From assembly GCF_036321535.1 (NCBI RefSeq), contig NC_087436.1, positions 113,276,001 through 113,340,000 of the forward strand: a stretch of DNA of 64,000 nucleotides, written 5' to 3'. The notes under the pieces were generated by a model. It saw only the letters and a list, made by a program, of their open reading frames with translations, did not search any database and had not been told where the DNA came from. Shown one piece after another: positions 34,680 to 48,390 of the stretch (position 1 is its first letter; the number at the start of each line of letters is the position of its first letter). This DNA comes from Camelus dromedarius (Eukaryota). The translations under genes were made by a program, and so were the position numbers.

Positions 34680-35905
34680 CCTTCTCACCCTGAAGCAACC
34701 GCTGTCCTATAGTTCACACTTGTCATTTCCTCTTTTTTAAAATACAGTTTTATCACATGTATACGTATGCCTAAAAGAGATAGATTTTGGTTCCAGTGGT
34801 GATTGAATTGTATTGAAAGGATGTTGTGCTGTATGAGATCTTCACTGGACATTATGTCACTAAGATCCATCCATGTTGTTGTGTGTGGCCTCATCCAACC
34901 ATTTCCACTGCTAGATAATATTCCATCATCTAAGTTTATGCATCCATTTTCCTGTCAATATGCATTTGGGTTGTCTCTCGATCGCTATTAAAATCAGCAC
35001 CGTTGTGAGCATCTTGTGATGTCTGCCCACACACAGACGTAAGAGATTCATTTAGGGACACACCTAGCAGTGCAAAAGCTCCTTCATAAGAAATATGGAT
35101 GCTCAACTCTGCATCATAATGTCAAAGTGTTTTACAGAATGATTATACCAATTCATAGCCCCACTAGCAGGTGTATATGCGTTCTTGTTGCTCCACATTC
35201 TTACCAACACTTAGTATTGTTAGACTTTTAAATTTTGTGAATTATGTGAGTATAAAAATCACATCTCTTTAGGAGCTTGATTTGCATTTAACTGATTACC
35301 AATGAGGTTGAGCAACTCTTCGTAAGTTTACCACATACATCCTTTATGTTCGCAATATGTTATTCCATGTCTTCTTTTGCCTTTTTTTCCTGCCAATTGA
35401 TCGTATTGTCATTGCATGGTAAGAGTTCTTTATATGTTTTGATATTTTGTGTTTGTATACTAATCATTTGTCTGGTATATGTGGTATATATATTCCAGTT
35501 TATAGTTTGACTCTTTGTTTTCCTTTACATGTCTATTTTTTTTTTTATCAACAGAATTTCATAATTATAATGTTCTCAAACTTGCCAGTCTCTTAAAATT
35601 GTCCTTTTTCACCTTTAAATTTTTCCCCCTAAAGTGAGAAAGATAGTCTTCACTATATTACATAAGAGTCTGAAAGCTTTTATAATGACAGTGGGTCTCT
35701 AATTCATCTGAAATCCATTTTTGGCATGGTGTCAGGTAGTGATCCTGTTTCACCTCTTTTTCTCCCAATAGCAGTGGTCATTTTACCAGCATCCTTTGAG
35801 AAGTAGCATCTCATCTATCCACTGATCTGCCACCCCACCCCCACCCTTATATTAGATTCTATATACATGTGCCTTGGTTTCTGGGATTTCTCTTCTATTC
35901 TAATG
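34680..35905 (-). mobile_element. Old L1 (L1ME-like) 3'UTR and ORF2 C-terminus
   Basis: agatccatccatgttgttgtgtgt...gttgctccacattcttaccaacacttagtattgttagac...tgattaccaatgaggttgagca. Confidence 0.85.
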
Positions 35906-35916
35906 GAATGATTAAA

Positions 35917-36300
35917 TGCTATCATTTTGTCCATCCAACATTCTTTTCCTTTCACTCTGGTAACAGATCCTTTCATTTCTTTTTAGAGACTGCCTTTTCC
36001 CTACCTATTGGCCTTCCCGCAGATGTGGACATGTGACCAGGTTGGCCAGTCAGCATTCTCCATCTTCTGAACAAAGTGATTAATTTAAAATTGGTCACCT
36101 GAACCTAATTGATTAAGAAGCCAAGATAAAAGAAAGCATAGCTGAATGAAAACAGAGGTGACTGCTTGATGATAGTTTTTTGAGCACCTGGATCCAGCCA
36201 TGCCTGAAGCAAGGAACCCTTTGCTCTTTCCAATGACATAAGCCAGTGAATGCTCCTTGTTGTTAAGTATGTTTGCAATTACCACATACAAATGACCACA
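35917..36300 (+). mobile_element. MaLR LTR MLT1J/I-like
   Basis: gacatgtgaccaggttggccagtcag...tttgagcacctggatccagccatgcctgaagc. Confidence 0.7.
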
Positions 36301-37371
36301 TCACATCTACCTGCAGGTGATTCAGGAGAATATCTATGGACAGAGTCAATATGTTCCTTAAATAATCTATCTTTCTCTGCTCCCATTTAAAGACAAATAA
36401 ATAGGAAATAGATCAAGTTCTCAAAGCACCAAGGAACAGATGTTTTTGAGCCCTTTTTAAAATGTAGAACCCATTATTTAGGTAAAAGTCAATGCAGAAA
36501 TAACCACATACAGCACACATAAAAGTGGCATTGCTGTGGCTGAGAGAGGGCCGAGGACCCACACAAAGCTCCCCACACTGGCCCAAGAGTAGTTTCCAAA
36601 TTCCATAGTGTACGAATGCCGTCATCTTAGCCTGGAGAATTTCCTTAACAGGTCTTACTAGACCATTAAAAACCCAAAAAAGGATTTTGGTTTTAGAGTG
36701 GATGACTTTAGGCCGTTCAGCCTGGCAATAACAGATAACAGAGCAGCTATCTTTGGAGGCTGTTCTTAATCCATGACAGTAAAAGATGTCATCGGCACGG
36801 GGAGAATGCTGAATTTCCGTTGGCTTCTTGCTGGACTGAGCGTGATAGCGGAGCTGGGAACTTGGGAATAGCTCCATCTGACTTCCTTATTCCTTCATTC
36901 TGCCTCTGCACTTAGGACTCTTTCTTGCTTCCACAGCCTCAGGAGGTTCATTGTCTCCCAGCAGGAGGGTGCAGATCAGCCGGTCTTTGCACTTCTGTTT
37001 GAGGTCACGTTTCCTGAGGGGAACCCACTTATCATCCAGAATCCCTCTGCCCCTTGAAATCTTGGTAACTTGATTCAAATCACATTAATTCCATGGCCAG
37101 GGAGATTCCAAAGTCTTCCTCCATGTTTATTTATTTCTGAAGCATTTAAACTGTGCCAGGTTCCTCTGCCTTGGGAAAAATAGGGAAAGTTTAGGGGAAA
37201 ATCTGAAGATGAAACGAACCTGAGAGGAAGTGGTAAGAGAGTAAAGGATAGCATGGGCATTCAACACGATCTTGAGAGAGAAAAGCCAAGGTGAAATCGG
37301 CATTATGGACACGGAGAAATGCAAGATTTTCTGTTTTGAGCTTCTTTTTTAGTTAAAGAGTGAATGAATGA

Positions 37372-37464
37372 ATATATATATATATGTATATAATATATGT
37401 GTATCTTAAATATATATTTATATTTTTAATATATGTATTTTTTAATATATATATATATATATAT
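37372..37464. repeat. (TA)-rich low-complexity tract
   Basis: Read directly from the sequence. Confidence 0.9.
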
Positions 37465-39369
37465 TGCTTATATTTAAGAAATGGAAATCTCCTTGGATGG
37501 ACCAAGAAAGTATTAATTATGATCCAGCCTTTCCCTGGTGGGAAGCTCCTTCAAGGTCAAACCCACAGGGCGCACCCCCACCCCAGTTCACAGGCAGGGC
37601 AAAAGAAAAGTCCTCTATTTTGGTTCAAAACATTCAATTGGAAATGAAGCATTTAGGAAATGCAAGACCCAGTCTAGCTACAGAGCATGCTCTCCACAAC
37701 CTACAGATAAAAGCCACAATACCCTAGCAAAGCAGATGAGCCTCTGTGACGTCTTTCTATCTGCTTCCCATTCTTAACTCTGTAATTGCTTCTCATGTGG
37801 ATAAACTGAGCGTACAACAAAACAGCTATTAAGAGAGCTACCGAAACAGGCAGTAGTACTGGGAGTGTAATTTCCAGATCAAAGGAAGTGATAGGTCTGC
37901 ATCACTTCCCATTGATTAAACCTTACCTGAAGTTTGCTCTGTGTCCAACTCTAGGTCTTCTGTTTTCAAACAGACAATGACAAGAAGAGGAAATCACCCA
38001 GCCCGGGGAGCTCACCAACAAATGCAGCAGTGTGCCTTGTGAGAGCTGGATACGTTTTGCTCAGAGAAATCTTTAAGCTTTCTTGACTGCTTTTTCCAAA
38101 TGTTTGAGAGACTAAATGAAGATGATAGAGCAGCCCTATTTCAGAAGAAAAACTTAGAGCCAATGAGTGACTCTTCCAAGAAGTCGGACTTAGCTCTGTG
38201 TAAGCACTAACAAAGGAATTGAATGTCGGGAGGGACTGCAGACTTTCTGCACCTGGGAGTGTCCATCTACAGGGACGTACTCAGCATGAGAAATGTGACC
38301 CTATGCATGGGAAAGGGTAAGTTATTTGAAATGTAGCCCTCTCTTAGTGACCACCAGTAGGCTCCAGAATTTCTTAGAGATGTCTGGAAGTACTGAAAAG
38401 ACCTGGAGTTGTCAGGAATGGGGAAATAAGGGAGGGGAGAGTATGAGGAAAATAGGATTAACATAAAGAAACTCTGAAATCTGTTAAATGGGCTTTCTAG
38501 AACCTCCATTTCCTCCTTCTTGCCCAGTATTATACCCTCCCCATCCTTCATGCTATTGTCTTTCACCACTTTCAAGTTACTCCTTTATTAGAGGGTTAGT
38601 AATAATTCATACTAACATGTAAATGACTTAGAAAATCCACAGTCTTTTCTGCCTAGTCATAGCTTACCAGTAAGTGATAGAAGCTAACTAATAGACTACA
38701 GAGTTAAGCCATTAGCCATTTATAGGGGAGAGATTAAGGGTTAGGTTTGAGGGTGCTTATACCAAAGGTTGATGACAAATAACAGAAATGAACTCTAACT
38801 GACTTCAGCATTTGGAGAATACCGGGGAAACACTGGGGAAAAGAGGATCAACAATCAAACCTCAGCAAAGACATGAATCAGGGTGGCCCAGGGGGCCTGG
38901 TAACTCAGAACAGGTGAACCTTCTCTCCCACAGCCACTACCAGAAAATTCAGCTTTAACTGCTGTCCATCTCCGCCATATCTGTATGTCTTCAAATTCCC
39001 AAAAGACAGAAAATGATGGCAGATCTTGGGTCGTATGACCACCTCGGGGGCTAAGAGAGAAGGGTCTGACACGAGGTGCAGGTTGGAGCAGGAAGGTAAG
39101 ACAACCAGATGTAGGAAAAGGCATAAAAGAAAGACAGAGGGTCTTTTGAGCAACCTGAAACCACATCATGCGTGTAACATCTGGAGAGTCACCTCATGTC
39201 ACCAACAGATCCAGTCCCATTACCACTATACTTGCAACCCTTGAGTGTCTCCCAGGTCCCAACAGTGAAGTCCAAGTTCCATAGCAGGTATCCACCACCC
39301 ACACACCCTTTCCCTTGACTTCACTGGCCAAATGACCACGAGTGGCCTTTCTGATGGACACCCCAGCTG

Positions 39370-39543
39370 CTGATGTCTTCAATTTGCTTTAAAATACTCT
39401 AACAACAACAACAAGGTATAGGAAATAAAAGAAATGGGGTTGTTGAAACGTTGATAACTATTGAAGCTGGGTAATGAGAACATGGGGATTCACTGTATTA
39501 TTCCTTGACCTTTGTGTGTGCTTAAAAAATGCATAATAAAAAG
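39370..39543 (+). mobile_element. Old L1 3' end (L1MC/ME-like)
   Basis: ttgataactattgaagctgggtaatgagaacatggggattcactgtattattc...cataataaaaag. Confidence 0.7.
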
Positions 39544-40109
39544 ATGCATGTATGTGTGTGTAAAAACTTGAACATCACATTCTGTAAGAGGCCTCCAACT
39601 GCCTGGCATCCTCTTTTCTTTCTCCCCAGCACCCATCTTTGCCTGATTTGTTATTTTTTTCTACCAGTTTGGGTTTGTGTGTGTGTGTGTGTGTTTTATT
39701 GTATCTTCTCTTTGTACTTGCCCTCCTAGATTTTAATCACTGGTCCTCCAACTAGAATTTGCGCGCTGAGCAATGAGCAAAGGGAAAATGTTTTATTCTG
39801 TTCACTGGAACATCTCTAAATGCCCCTAAAACAATAGGTAGCAATGGGCGGTGCTCAGTAACTGCTTTTAACTAAGGAATCCAGACTTTTGACTAAGGAA
39901 TCCAGACTTTACCCTCCAAGAGATCATGGACCCTCACCTCTGCATGCATTTGGCTCCTATTGTGATGGAAGGCTCCTCACCAGACTGTTCAGGACCTGAT
40001 TATGAAATAGAGCTCGTGTGCTCTGAGCTGCCCTGTACAACAGGCTTGCCTACGTCTCCTGCTTATTCTTGGGCTTGTGTGTGTGATAGCAGCTTGGAGA
40101 ACTTGTGGG

Positions 40110-41100
40110 AAACCAGGGGAGTAGAGGGTAATTTTGAAAAAATACTTAAGGAATTCTTAAAGTATTTCTAAATTATTTTTCTTACACATTTTAAAACTAC
40201 TGTTCAACTGTCTATATAAAACAACACACATTTAAATGCCTTACAGATTACATTTTAACTCATTGATGGCTTTAGTCATCAGTGAGTTACTCTGAGTTGC
40301 TGGATTACCTTATTTGGGGAAGGTTTTATAGTAAAGATTTCTCGATATCTTAATGTATCTATTTGAATGTTTTTGGAATGTAGCTTTGGTTTGGAAAGCC
40401 TCTTATTTTTTGTTTATTTGTTTGTTTCTTTTTTTTTAAATTCAGGCTCAATCAGGTCCTCTCACGTAAAATCGTATATACTGGAAGCCTTATATTGTGC
40501 ACCTTTACATGATTAGATGTTGAGTAAGGGAAGTTGAAATGCATGACCTGGAATCATGACAACAATCCCAACCTAGGCAATTTCTTAGATGACTGTCCAT
40601 CTTCAGGGCTACTGATCTGAACTGGACATTTAAGTTTAGGATGAAGAATGTAGAGTCATGGTTAAATATTAATAGCAATGCAGCTTTATAATATTTGGGC
40701 TAGTTTTACTGAAGAATGAGGATGCCAAGATTCCAAGATGAGCTGCTTAGGAAATGCCAGTCCTCTGCAGGTGCGAATCTGTGTAGAAAAGGGGTTTGTT
40801 CAATTCTGCGCCACAAAAAGAAAATTCAAAAATACGTGAAATTCTGAAGCTTACAGAAAACCGTAACTGTTGTCTGTGCCCTCAACTTTAGTTTTCTTAT
40901 GTTAATTAGAAATGACTCATTGATTCCATTGTTTTTAAATATCAGTTCTGAGTTTAAACAAATAGATAATATTTATACTAGCATGCCCCTCAAGTTTTAG
41001 ATATAGTTTGCATATTTGCACTCTGTATAAGATTTCACTTGAAAACGAGACTTCACTGCTCAAAAAAATAAAACAAAACAACAACAAAAAAACGCTGGGT
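40110..41100. mobile_element. Probable hAT-Charlie DNA transposon remnant(s)
   Basis: AT-rich; minus-strand relic reading GF..SYI...DIEKSL..NL.QI resembles a hAT C-terminus; terminal-like actctgtataagatttcacttgaaaacgagacttcactgct. Confidence 0.4.
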
Positions 41101-42169
41101 TAGCGGGGAAAATGTGAAGTTAAGAGGGAGGTGGTCTTGGGTTCAAATTCAAGCAATGCTCAGTACGGTGTCTGTCCTGTACCCAAGTGGATGTTTCATA
41201 ACTGCTTGCCAGACACCTGCCTGTCTTTTCGAGTCAGCTGCCTGCATGCATTGCCTTAGATCCCTGAGGGCCTTCTGCTTGTCCTTTCCTTTCACAAAAC
41301 ATCTCATGTGAGGAAGGTGCCTCCCTACACGTCTATATGGTAGCTATATGCAACCCCCAAGAAGAACCTAGAAGATAAGGGATATTCACGAAAAAGTGCT
41401 GGGTAATCAGACCTGCCAGGCTCTGAGCCCAAGTGGGCAGTACAGTTCTTGAAGAGTTTTGTTTCTCCAAGAGGCCGCCAGGACAATGCAGGCCTTATGC
41501 TAAGTCAACTGACCAGCCCTTACCTCCTGCCACCACCCCGCCCCCAGCTTTGGGGACCGCCAGTCACCTTCTCCCGTGGACAGAGTAACAAAGGCCAGTC
41601 TATTTCCCTCCACGCTGGAGATGCCATCAGGGGAAACAGAGCATGTTTTCTTCAAAGTCCAAAATATCCAGGTTGGGGCTAGAAGGCCAAACTTGTTGAA
41701 CTGGGAGGGGTGGGATCAGATGGGAGGCTGGGAGGCGCTGGCAGGTTTTCTAACTTTGGATGGAGCGAGGGCTCCGGGTGAGAGCCGTGTAGGGTGTGGG
41801 GCCCAGGGAGGAAGAAGGGAGCTTTGCCAGAACTGGCTGGTGCAAATCAGGCACATTCTTGGCAAAGAGAGAGAGTCTTTGGATGCAGAAATCTTAAGAA
41901 GCTGCAGGGAGGGTGGCCTTTTCTCTGCCGATGTGTTTGCAAAAATCCCAAAGGCAATCACACGCCTTGTTAGACTTTAAGCCAGCGTTGATGCTCTGCA
42001 AAAACAAAGCCAACAAACAAAACCCAAACATTTTAAATAGGTCATCAAAGAGACATCTCCTTGGCATTGACAAGTGTATTTCCCCTTCACGTCCCGCTCG
42101 CAGACATGAAGTCTGCCTTAGTGCTGTGCTGGGGCGCTCTCCTCCTCTGTCTCTCTGACCCCAGGATCA

Positions 42170-42500
42170 TTCTCTTCTGTCTGCTCTGCACACGGCAGGC
42201 AGAGCGGCCACTGTAAGTAGCATTTTGATGATGCCATTTCCTGGGTTTGACTTTCTATGTCTCCCCATTGTCTCTAAAATAATCTTAGACTCTTGTCCTT
42301 GCCATTCAAAGCCTTCCATAGTCTGTCCCTAAACCATTTGTCTAATCTTAATTTTACTGTAATTTTAAACAACTTATCCCCCCAATCAGTTTTGCATTCT
42401 CTTCCCATTCATGCATCCCGCTCTTCACTCCCAGTCTTTCCTTCTGCTGTTCACATGGCTCCCAGTGCCCTCTCTCCCCTTCCCACCTTTCCATGTCCAA
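42170..42500 (+). mobile_element. L2 fragment
   Basis: ccccattgtctctaaaataatcttagactcttgtccttgccattcaaagccttccata. Confidence 0.6.
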
Positions 42501-43298
42501 GTTGTAGGCAGAACTCCAAAATCCCTACTGCTGACATGACACGTTCTCCAAAAGCTCCCCAAGAAACCGTCACTAAGAAAATCAAACTCACTCTAGACTT
42601 GCCCTTTCACCTACAAGCACTGCGATTTGGGTCTAGATCCGTAACTTCGCTGAACCTTCCAGGCAGTGTGACACTTAACTGAGAGTATCTTATAGAGTTC
42701 TTAACACAATGCCTAGCGCATAGTGAATGCTTAAAAAAGTCCATTTTTGAATCGATTACTATGTTTGCCACGCTCTACCTTATTCCATGGTGACAAGAAA
42801 TGTACTCCTATTGTTTTACTCTGAATTTGAAAGAATTCCCGTAAGATTGGAGGAAAACCTAAGGGGAAACAATCCACATGATCAATAGACAACTTCAGGC
42901 TGACGTGTTTATCACCATGTGCCCCTCTGAGCGAATTCACACATGGAATCCTGGTGGTAAGTCTGATTCACCATAGACATTTTAACCAGCCATTATAGTC
43001 CACCTGCTCCCCAAAGGAGCTGTAAAACATCATTTATGATGTAGAAGTCTTACTCCCTGCTCAGATTTCCAGAATGTGGAGCTGTCTTCCCATATTTACA
43101 GAGCACTTCAATTTGCAAACTGTTAAGTCTTGTGGGGTCACCACAGCAAGCCTGGAAGTTAGGAATATTTAGTACCATCTTACAAAGGAGGAAAGAGGGA
43201 CTCATAGTGGCCAAGCAAGGCCACCAGGCTAATGTCATGGTCAGTGCAGAAACAGGTCATGTGGGCACAGGGTAGATACTCAGTAAGAATTTATAAAG

Positions 43299-43326
43299 TG
43301 AATGAATGAATGAATGAATGAATGAA
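43299..43326 (+). repeat. (TGAA)7 tail of an L2 3' end
   Basis: Follows ggcacagggtagatactcagtaag. Confidence 0.85.
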
Positions 43327-43572
43327 TATGAAAGAATCAAGCTTCCTTTTGCTTGGGCTGAAATACAGTTCATCAGGAGTGAGAGGAGGGCAATATTCAT
43401 CTACAAAATCTTTTAAAAATTTAGGGGACTATATCTGTCAGACCTTTTTAGTTTTGACAGAGGTCCTGCATAATTTGCTTAAGGAAAAGTGAGGTTGACT
43501 GGCTCCTATAAGTGGGAGGCACAAAGACCAAGCTGCCTTTTAAGAGCTGATTCAGGGCTCAAGTAATGTTAC

Positions 43573-43577
<5 letters not shown>

Positions 43578-43614
<37 letters not shown>

Positions 43615-43675
43615 TCTCTCTCTCTCTCTCTCATACACATACACACACACACACACACTCTCTCTCTCTCTCTCT
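43578..43675. repeat. Compound (CT)n/(CA)n microsatellite
   Basis: Alternating CT and CA blocks. Confidence 0.95.
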
Positions 43676-43934
43676 ACTCTGCCAGACAAACTTCCCCCAC
43701 TCAGAAGAGAAGATAACACCAGCTCCCAAAGCTCCACATCCTTCCTGTTCCGTGGTCACTAAGATGAAGAAGCAGGGGTGTGCCAGGCACCCACATTCAA
43801 CAGCTAAAACAGGGCCCCAGCAATCAGATCTGAAGGTGATTTTAGAATCATTTCTGAGGCATCCCAGTGCCAACATGTATTTTGTAGTGACATGGGCTTC
43901 TGATTGTCCAGTCTAGCCCTGCTTACACCAAGAA

Positions 43935-44170
43935 ACTCTAATAGTTAATTCCTCCTGAGCACAATTGGCAGCCCCTGTTCTCTGTATGTACGTATTATCG
44001 CATTGACTCCTTCCAACAACTTGATAGCGTAGTTCTATTATTACTGTCATTTATAGATGAGGAAAGTGAAGCACACACCATTTAAGTAACTCCTCCAGCT
44101 ACCAGAAATAGATATTCAGGTCTAAATGATCAGCTCCAGAGACCACATCACAAGCCCACCACCGCACGAC
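43935..44170 (-). mobile_element. MIR SINE
   Basis: ctattattactgtcatttatagatgaggaaagtgaagcac. Confidence 0.7.
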
Positions 44171-44472
44171 TACCTCTCAGTCACTATCTGTGGGACTTGA
44201 ACATTTCATACGGTTTAGTAAAAATCTCAGTGCCTCATGAGTAACGTTACATGATTGCAAAGAGAGCTAATGAATGTATTCACGATGCATAGCAGGGGCT
44301 CAAGCAATTGTAGTTAATGCTCTGTTCCAAGAAGACACTTATTTGTGGATGCTGGTGTAGCCCCGGAAGCTCATGGGGGTAGACTGGGGCTCTGAGGACC
44401 AGACTATCAGTGATTTGGGGATCTTCGTGTTAACATGTCCAGGTCTCTGATACAAGGTACATGATTTAGTCT

Positions 44473-44985
44473 GTCTTAAAGTTGAGATCGTGAACAATAT
44501 TTGGGGTTCAAAGGCAGCAATCTAACAAGCTGACTTAAACCTAACAGTGGAATGTTTGTTCTCAGAAATGAAATATGCAAGCTCAGTGTTCAGTGAACAG
44601 AGTCAGTGTTCAAATAATCTTGGTGGAAATCACTCTTTCTTCATCTCCCTGTTCTCCTTTCCTCTATGTTGGCTCATTTCTCCAGGGTGGCAGAGGTGGT
44701 CCCCATAGACTAGCTCTCCACGCTGATATCAGTTAGCACATTGACACCCCCCCACCCCCAAGTGAAGAGGGCATCTCTTTTCTGAAACTTCTATCCAAAG
44801 ACCTGGGGAACCTCTCATTGGTCTGGCTCACGTCACATGCCCATCCCTGAAACCATGACCTGGACATAGTGATACAGTGGTCTGATTGGTTCAAAGCAGC
44901 TCATTCTGTCACAAAGGGAAATTAAGGTGCAGTTCTCAAAAGAAAAAAGAAAGATCCAGGACAGGGTAAAGAGTTCGGCCCCTAC
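44473..44985 (-). mobile_element. MaLR LTR MLT1J/K-like
   Basis: ctctcattggtctggctcacgtcacatgcccatccctgaaacc...tctgattgg. Confidence 0.6.
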
Positions 44986-45779
44986 AGAGCACTGTAAACA
45001 CAAGTGGCAAATTCCAGTCAGCTCAGTGAAAAAAAGAGTTCTTCAGTTTCATCTGGAGAGGGCAAGCCTCATTTGAATTGGGGAAAGTAAACATTTGGCC
45101 TTAACAACTTATCTCCCCTGTTCATTAAAGATTTATTTATTAAGCTCCTACTATGCATCGGGAACCGTGAAAAGAAATGAGGATACAGAGAGGAACAAAT
45201 TCACCTGCTGCCCTCTACGGCTCCCAGTTTGGTGATGATTGTTGGGGATGTGGAGACAAGAATTTTAATAGTTATCTTGCAGCTTTATACTGCAGACAAA
45301 AAAACAATTTCCAAGTAGTGTAAATATTCAAATATTAAGTATTGAGCTATTAATCACTAAAAGAATGTATGGTAACATTTATGTAATGAATTGAAAAATG
45401 TATTTATCAACATTTTTTGGAAGACAGCAGTTTATTTGTTTGGCAGAAATCCTTGATAAGCGTCTTGGGTTATAGATCAGGAACCTCCAAGAATGTTTAC
45501 CTATCAAAAAGTGGCTCCTTAGTTGCTCTGCATAATGAAAGAACATTTGGGAGAGGAGATTTGGTAAAAAGGAAAAAGGTGGCAGGATGCTCTGTACTGA
45601 ATGGTGATGTGTCCTTCATCATGAAACCCTCCCTCCACGCCCTCCCCCAGCCTCCAGGAAATAATTGGTGTGAGTGGATTTATTGGGGAAACTGATGCAT
45701 GGGCCCAGCTTCCTACATACAGAGTCTGTGGCTGCAGTTGCCACAGCTGGAGGGACTGCACTGACATCTGGTTTACATC

Positions 45780-46745
45780 TACCTAATCACAGGGTGGGGA
45801 TGGACTCTTAAAGCATGACCCCAAAGGCAGAAACCATAAAAGAAAAGGGGACTAAATATGGCCGCATCCCACAAAACAGATTCTGATTGGTTAAAATGCC
45901 ATCAGCAAAGTTAAAATGTCAAAGACAAACTGGAATGAATATCTTTTTTTTTGCAAAGTAAATAACAAAAGCTTATCTTTATAAAAATATTTTTATATTA
46001 TTAAAAAAAGGCAAATATCCCAGTAGAAAGATAGGCTGAGAATATAAGCTGGTCATTTTCAAAAGGAAAAGTATATATAAATGATTAATAAACATATTCA
46101 GAAGTTTAATCTTGTCAATAAAAGAAAACACAGTCTACAATAAAATAACAACAAAATAGCATTGTTTGCCTATTAGATTCGGAGGGAAAAAGGTAACTCC
46201 CAGTATCAGCGAGGTTGTAGGGAAATGGGCACCTTCAGACATTGCTCCACAGAGATAAACTTTCCAAAGAAAAATTCGGCTGTATATTCTAAATCCTTAA
46301 ACACATATATATCTTCAATGAAAAAAAAAATCATTTCTGGGGATTTATCCTAAAGAAATATTTAGACAGATGTGAAAAGGTATAAATACAAGGGTACTCA
46401 CTGTAGCTTATTTAAAAAAGTGAACTATTTGAAGCTACCTGATATTCAGAGGCCACAGACTGGTTACCAAAACTATGCTGTGAAACACCAGGCAGCCACT
46501 GAATATTATGGTATAGATGGATGTGGATGAACATTGGAGTATAGTTCCAGTATTAACCATTACGAGGTGAAAAAAATCAGGCTGCAAAGCATATGTATAT
46601 TGTGAACTTAATTTTGGTTATCCACACAAAACACAGATGTATACAGAGGGAAAATGCCCAGAGGACATCCGCCAACTTGTTTACAGAGCTTATTTTGAGG
46701 TGATTGGATTATATGTGCTTTTTGGGGCTTTTTGTTTGTTCAAAT
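45780..46745 (+). mobile_element. Old L1 (L1ME-like) ORF2 end and 3'UTR
   Basis: aagcatgaccccaaaggcagaaaccataaaagaaaag...catttctggggatttatcctaaagaaata. Confidence 0.8.
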
Positions 46746-47849
46746 TTAATTGGTTTCTAGGTTCTGAGTATCCTAAAGAGGTTGTTAGATTCTGACCTCA
46801 TAAAACAACAAATGTAAATACAGGGTGATGGTGGTGGAAGGGTGAGCATGGAGTGTGGGGGGCACAGGGGAGAGGCCTGTGACACAGAAAATCTCAGGAG
46901 TGTGCGCTGAGCCGTCTTCGCTGTGGCACCCCCTCCCTCAAGTGCCATTTCCTCTAGTGACACAGCATAGCATCCCCACTCCGAGTGCGCGTCTCCCCAC
47001 ATCTGACTCCTCCTGAACATCGCCGGTGATCTGGACCCTCCTCAGTTCCCCAGCACCAGGCTCCCATCAACACTTACCCCGCCTCCCGCCCCAGCCCCGG
47101 AGCCCTGCTTTCCACCGATGTGTTTGTGCTTTCGTGGCTTCTGCACAGGCTGTTCTCTCCACCTGAAAAGTCATTTCTCTTTTCTTTATTCTGTGATCTC
47201 CTAAAAGATGGCAAAATCTCCGTGAGCACTTCTCAGACCTACTGAATTTATCTTTCCTCCGAGCTCTTACCTTACCCCTCTTCTAATATGCTCTCTTCCC
47301 TGCTCTTCCTGCTTGGATGCCAGGAGCCTGTCTGCCGCCCTGCCCCTCATCCTGCCCTTCAAGATGGGATTTGGGCTTGTGGCTCTGCTGTCCCACAAGG
47401 CCAAACCTCAAAGGGGAACTGCTCCCCTGAGCTGGGGAAGATTATACAGGACCCATCCCTGCTTCTCTGCTTCGTATAAAATTCAACCGCTTCCCCATGA
47501 CCCTGAGGCCCTCTTAGCTCTGACGTTGCTCTGTGGGCCTGCTCCCACCTCTGCTCTTGTTCCCTCACCTCTGGAATGTGGTCCCCCTGACAGAACCTGG
47601 GTGGTCACCAGGGTGATGGGGAGTCACTGGCTCTGGGCATGCAGACCAGGGCTCACTGGTCCTCCATCCTTCATCCCACATCATTCAGGGCTACAATTTA
47701 TTTTTAGTATTTCAAAGCTATGAAATTGGTGGCCAGAAGGTTTTGGAAAATAGCGTTTGATGGTGTTACTTCGCAGGTTTTCTAAGACTGATTGGAAAGG
47801 TCTGTACCCCGATGACATGACTGGTTATCATTCAGGCATATACCTGATC

Positions 47850-48390
47850 GGAATTTGGCTTGAAGGAGTTGCCTTGGACTGAGTGGAAGTGAGAAGGTCG
47901 GCCCGGAGAACCTTGTCTTCCAGCTCATCTGGACAAGAGTGACCAACGTGGACACGGAGGAATGCCGGTCGATTAGGAGCGTCTTTGGAGGTGTGATTGA
48001 CAAGGCTTGTGATGTGTGCGATTGTGGAGGGAGGGATGGACATGGAAAACTCATGGGAGAATCTTTGTTTTCAGATTGAGCAACTGAGTGGAGGGATGGC
48101 AGTATTTACTGTGAGCAAAGGGGTGGGGGCGGGTAGGGAAGCACTCTGGAAGAGTTTATAGGATGTGTGTGGGGGAAGGAGGGTGTTCAGTTTCTAATAC
48201 ACTACGTTTGAGATGTCTGAGACCTCCAGCTGAAGGTGGCAATTATGCGGTTGTTAATGTGAGCCCAGAGCACACAGCCTGGGCTGGAGCAGAAATCCCG
48301 GAGTCATCGACATAGAGGTGGAATTTAAAAACATAAGAAGGCGCGAGCACAAGTCGAGAAGGGTTATAGAGAGAACGTGAGACCAGGCAA
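47850..48390 (-). mobile_element. L2 fragment
   Basis: ttgagcaactgagtgga...gttcagtttctaatacactacgtttgagatgtctgagacctccag...ggagtcatcgacatagaggtggaatttaaaa. Confidence 0.7.
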
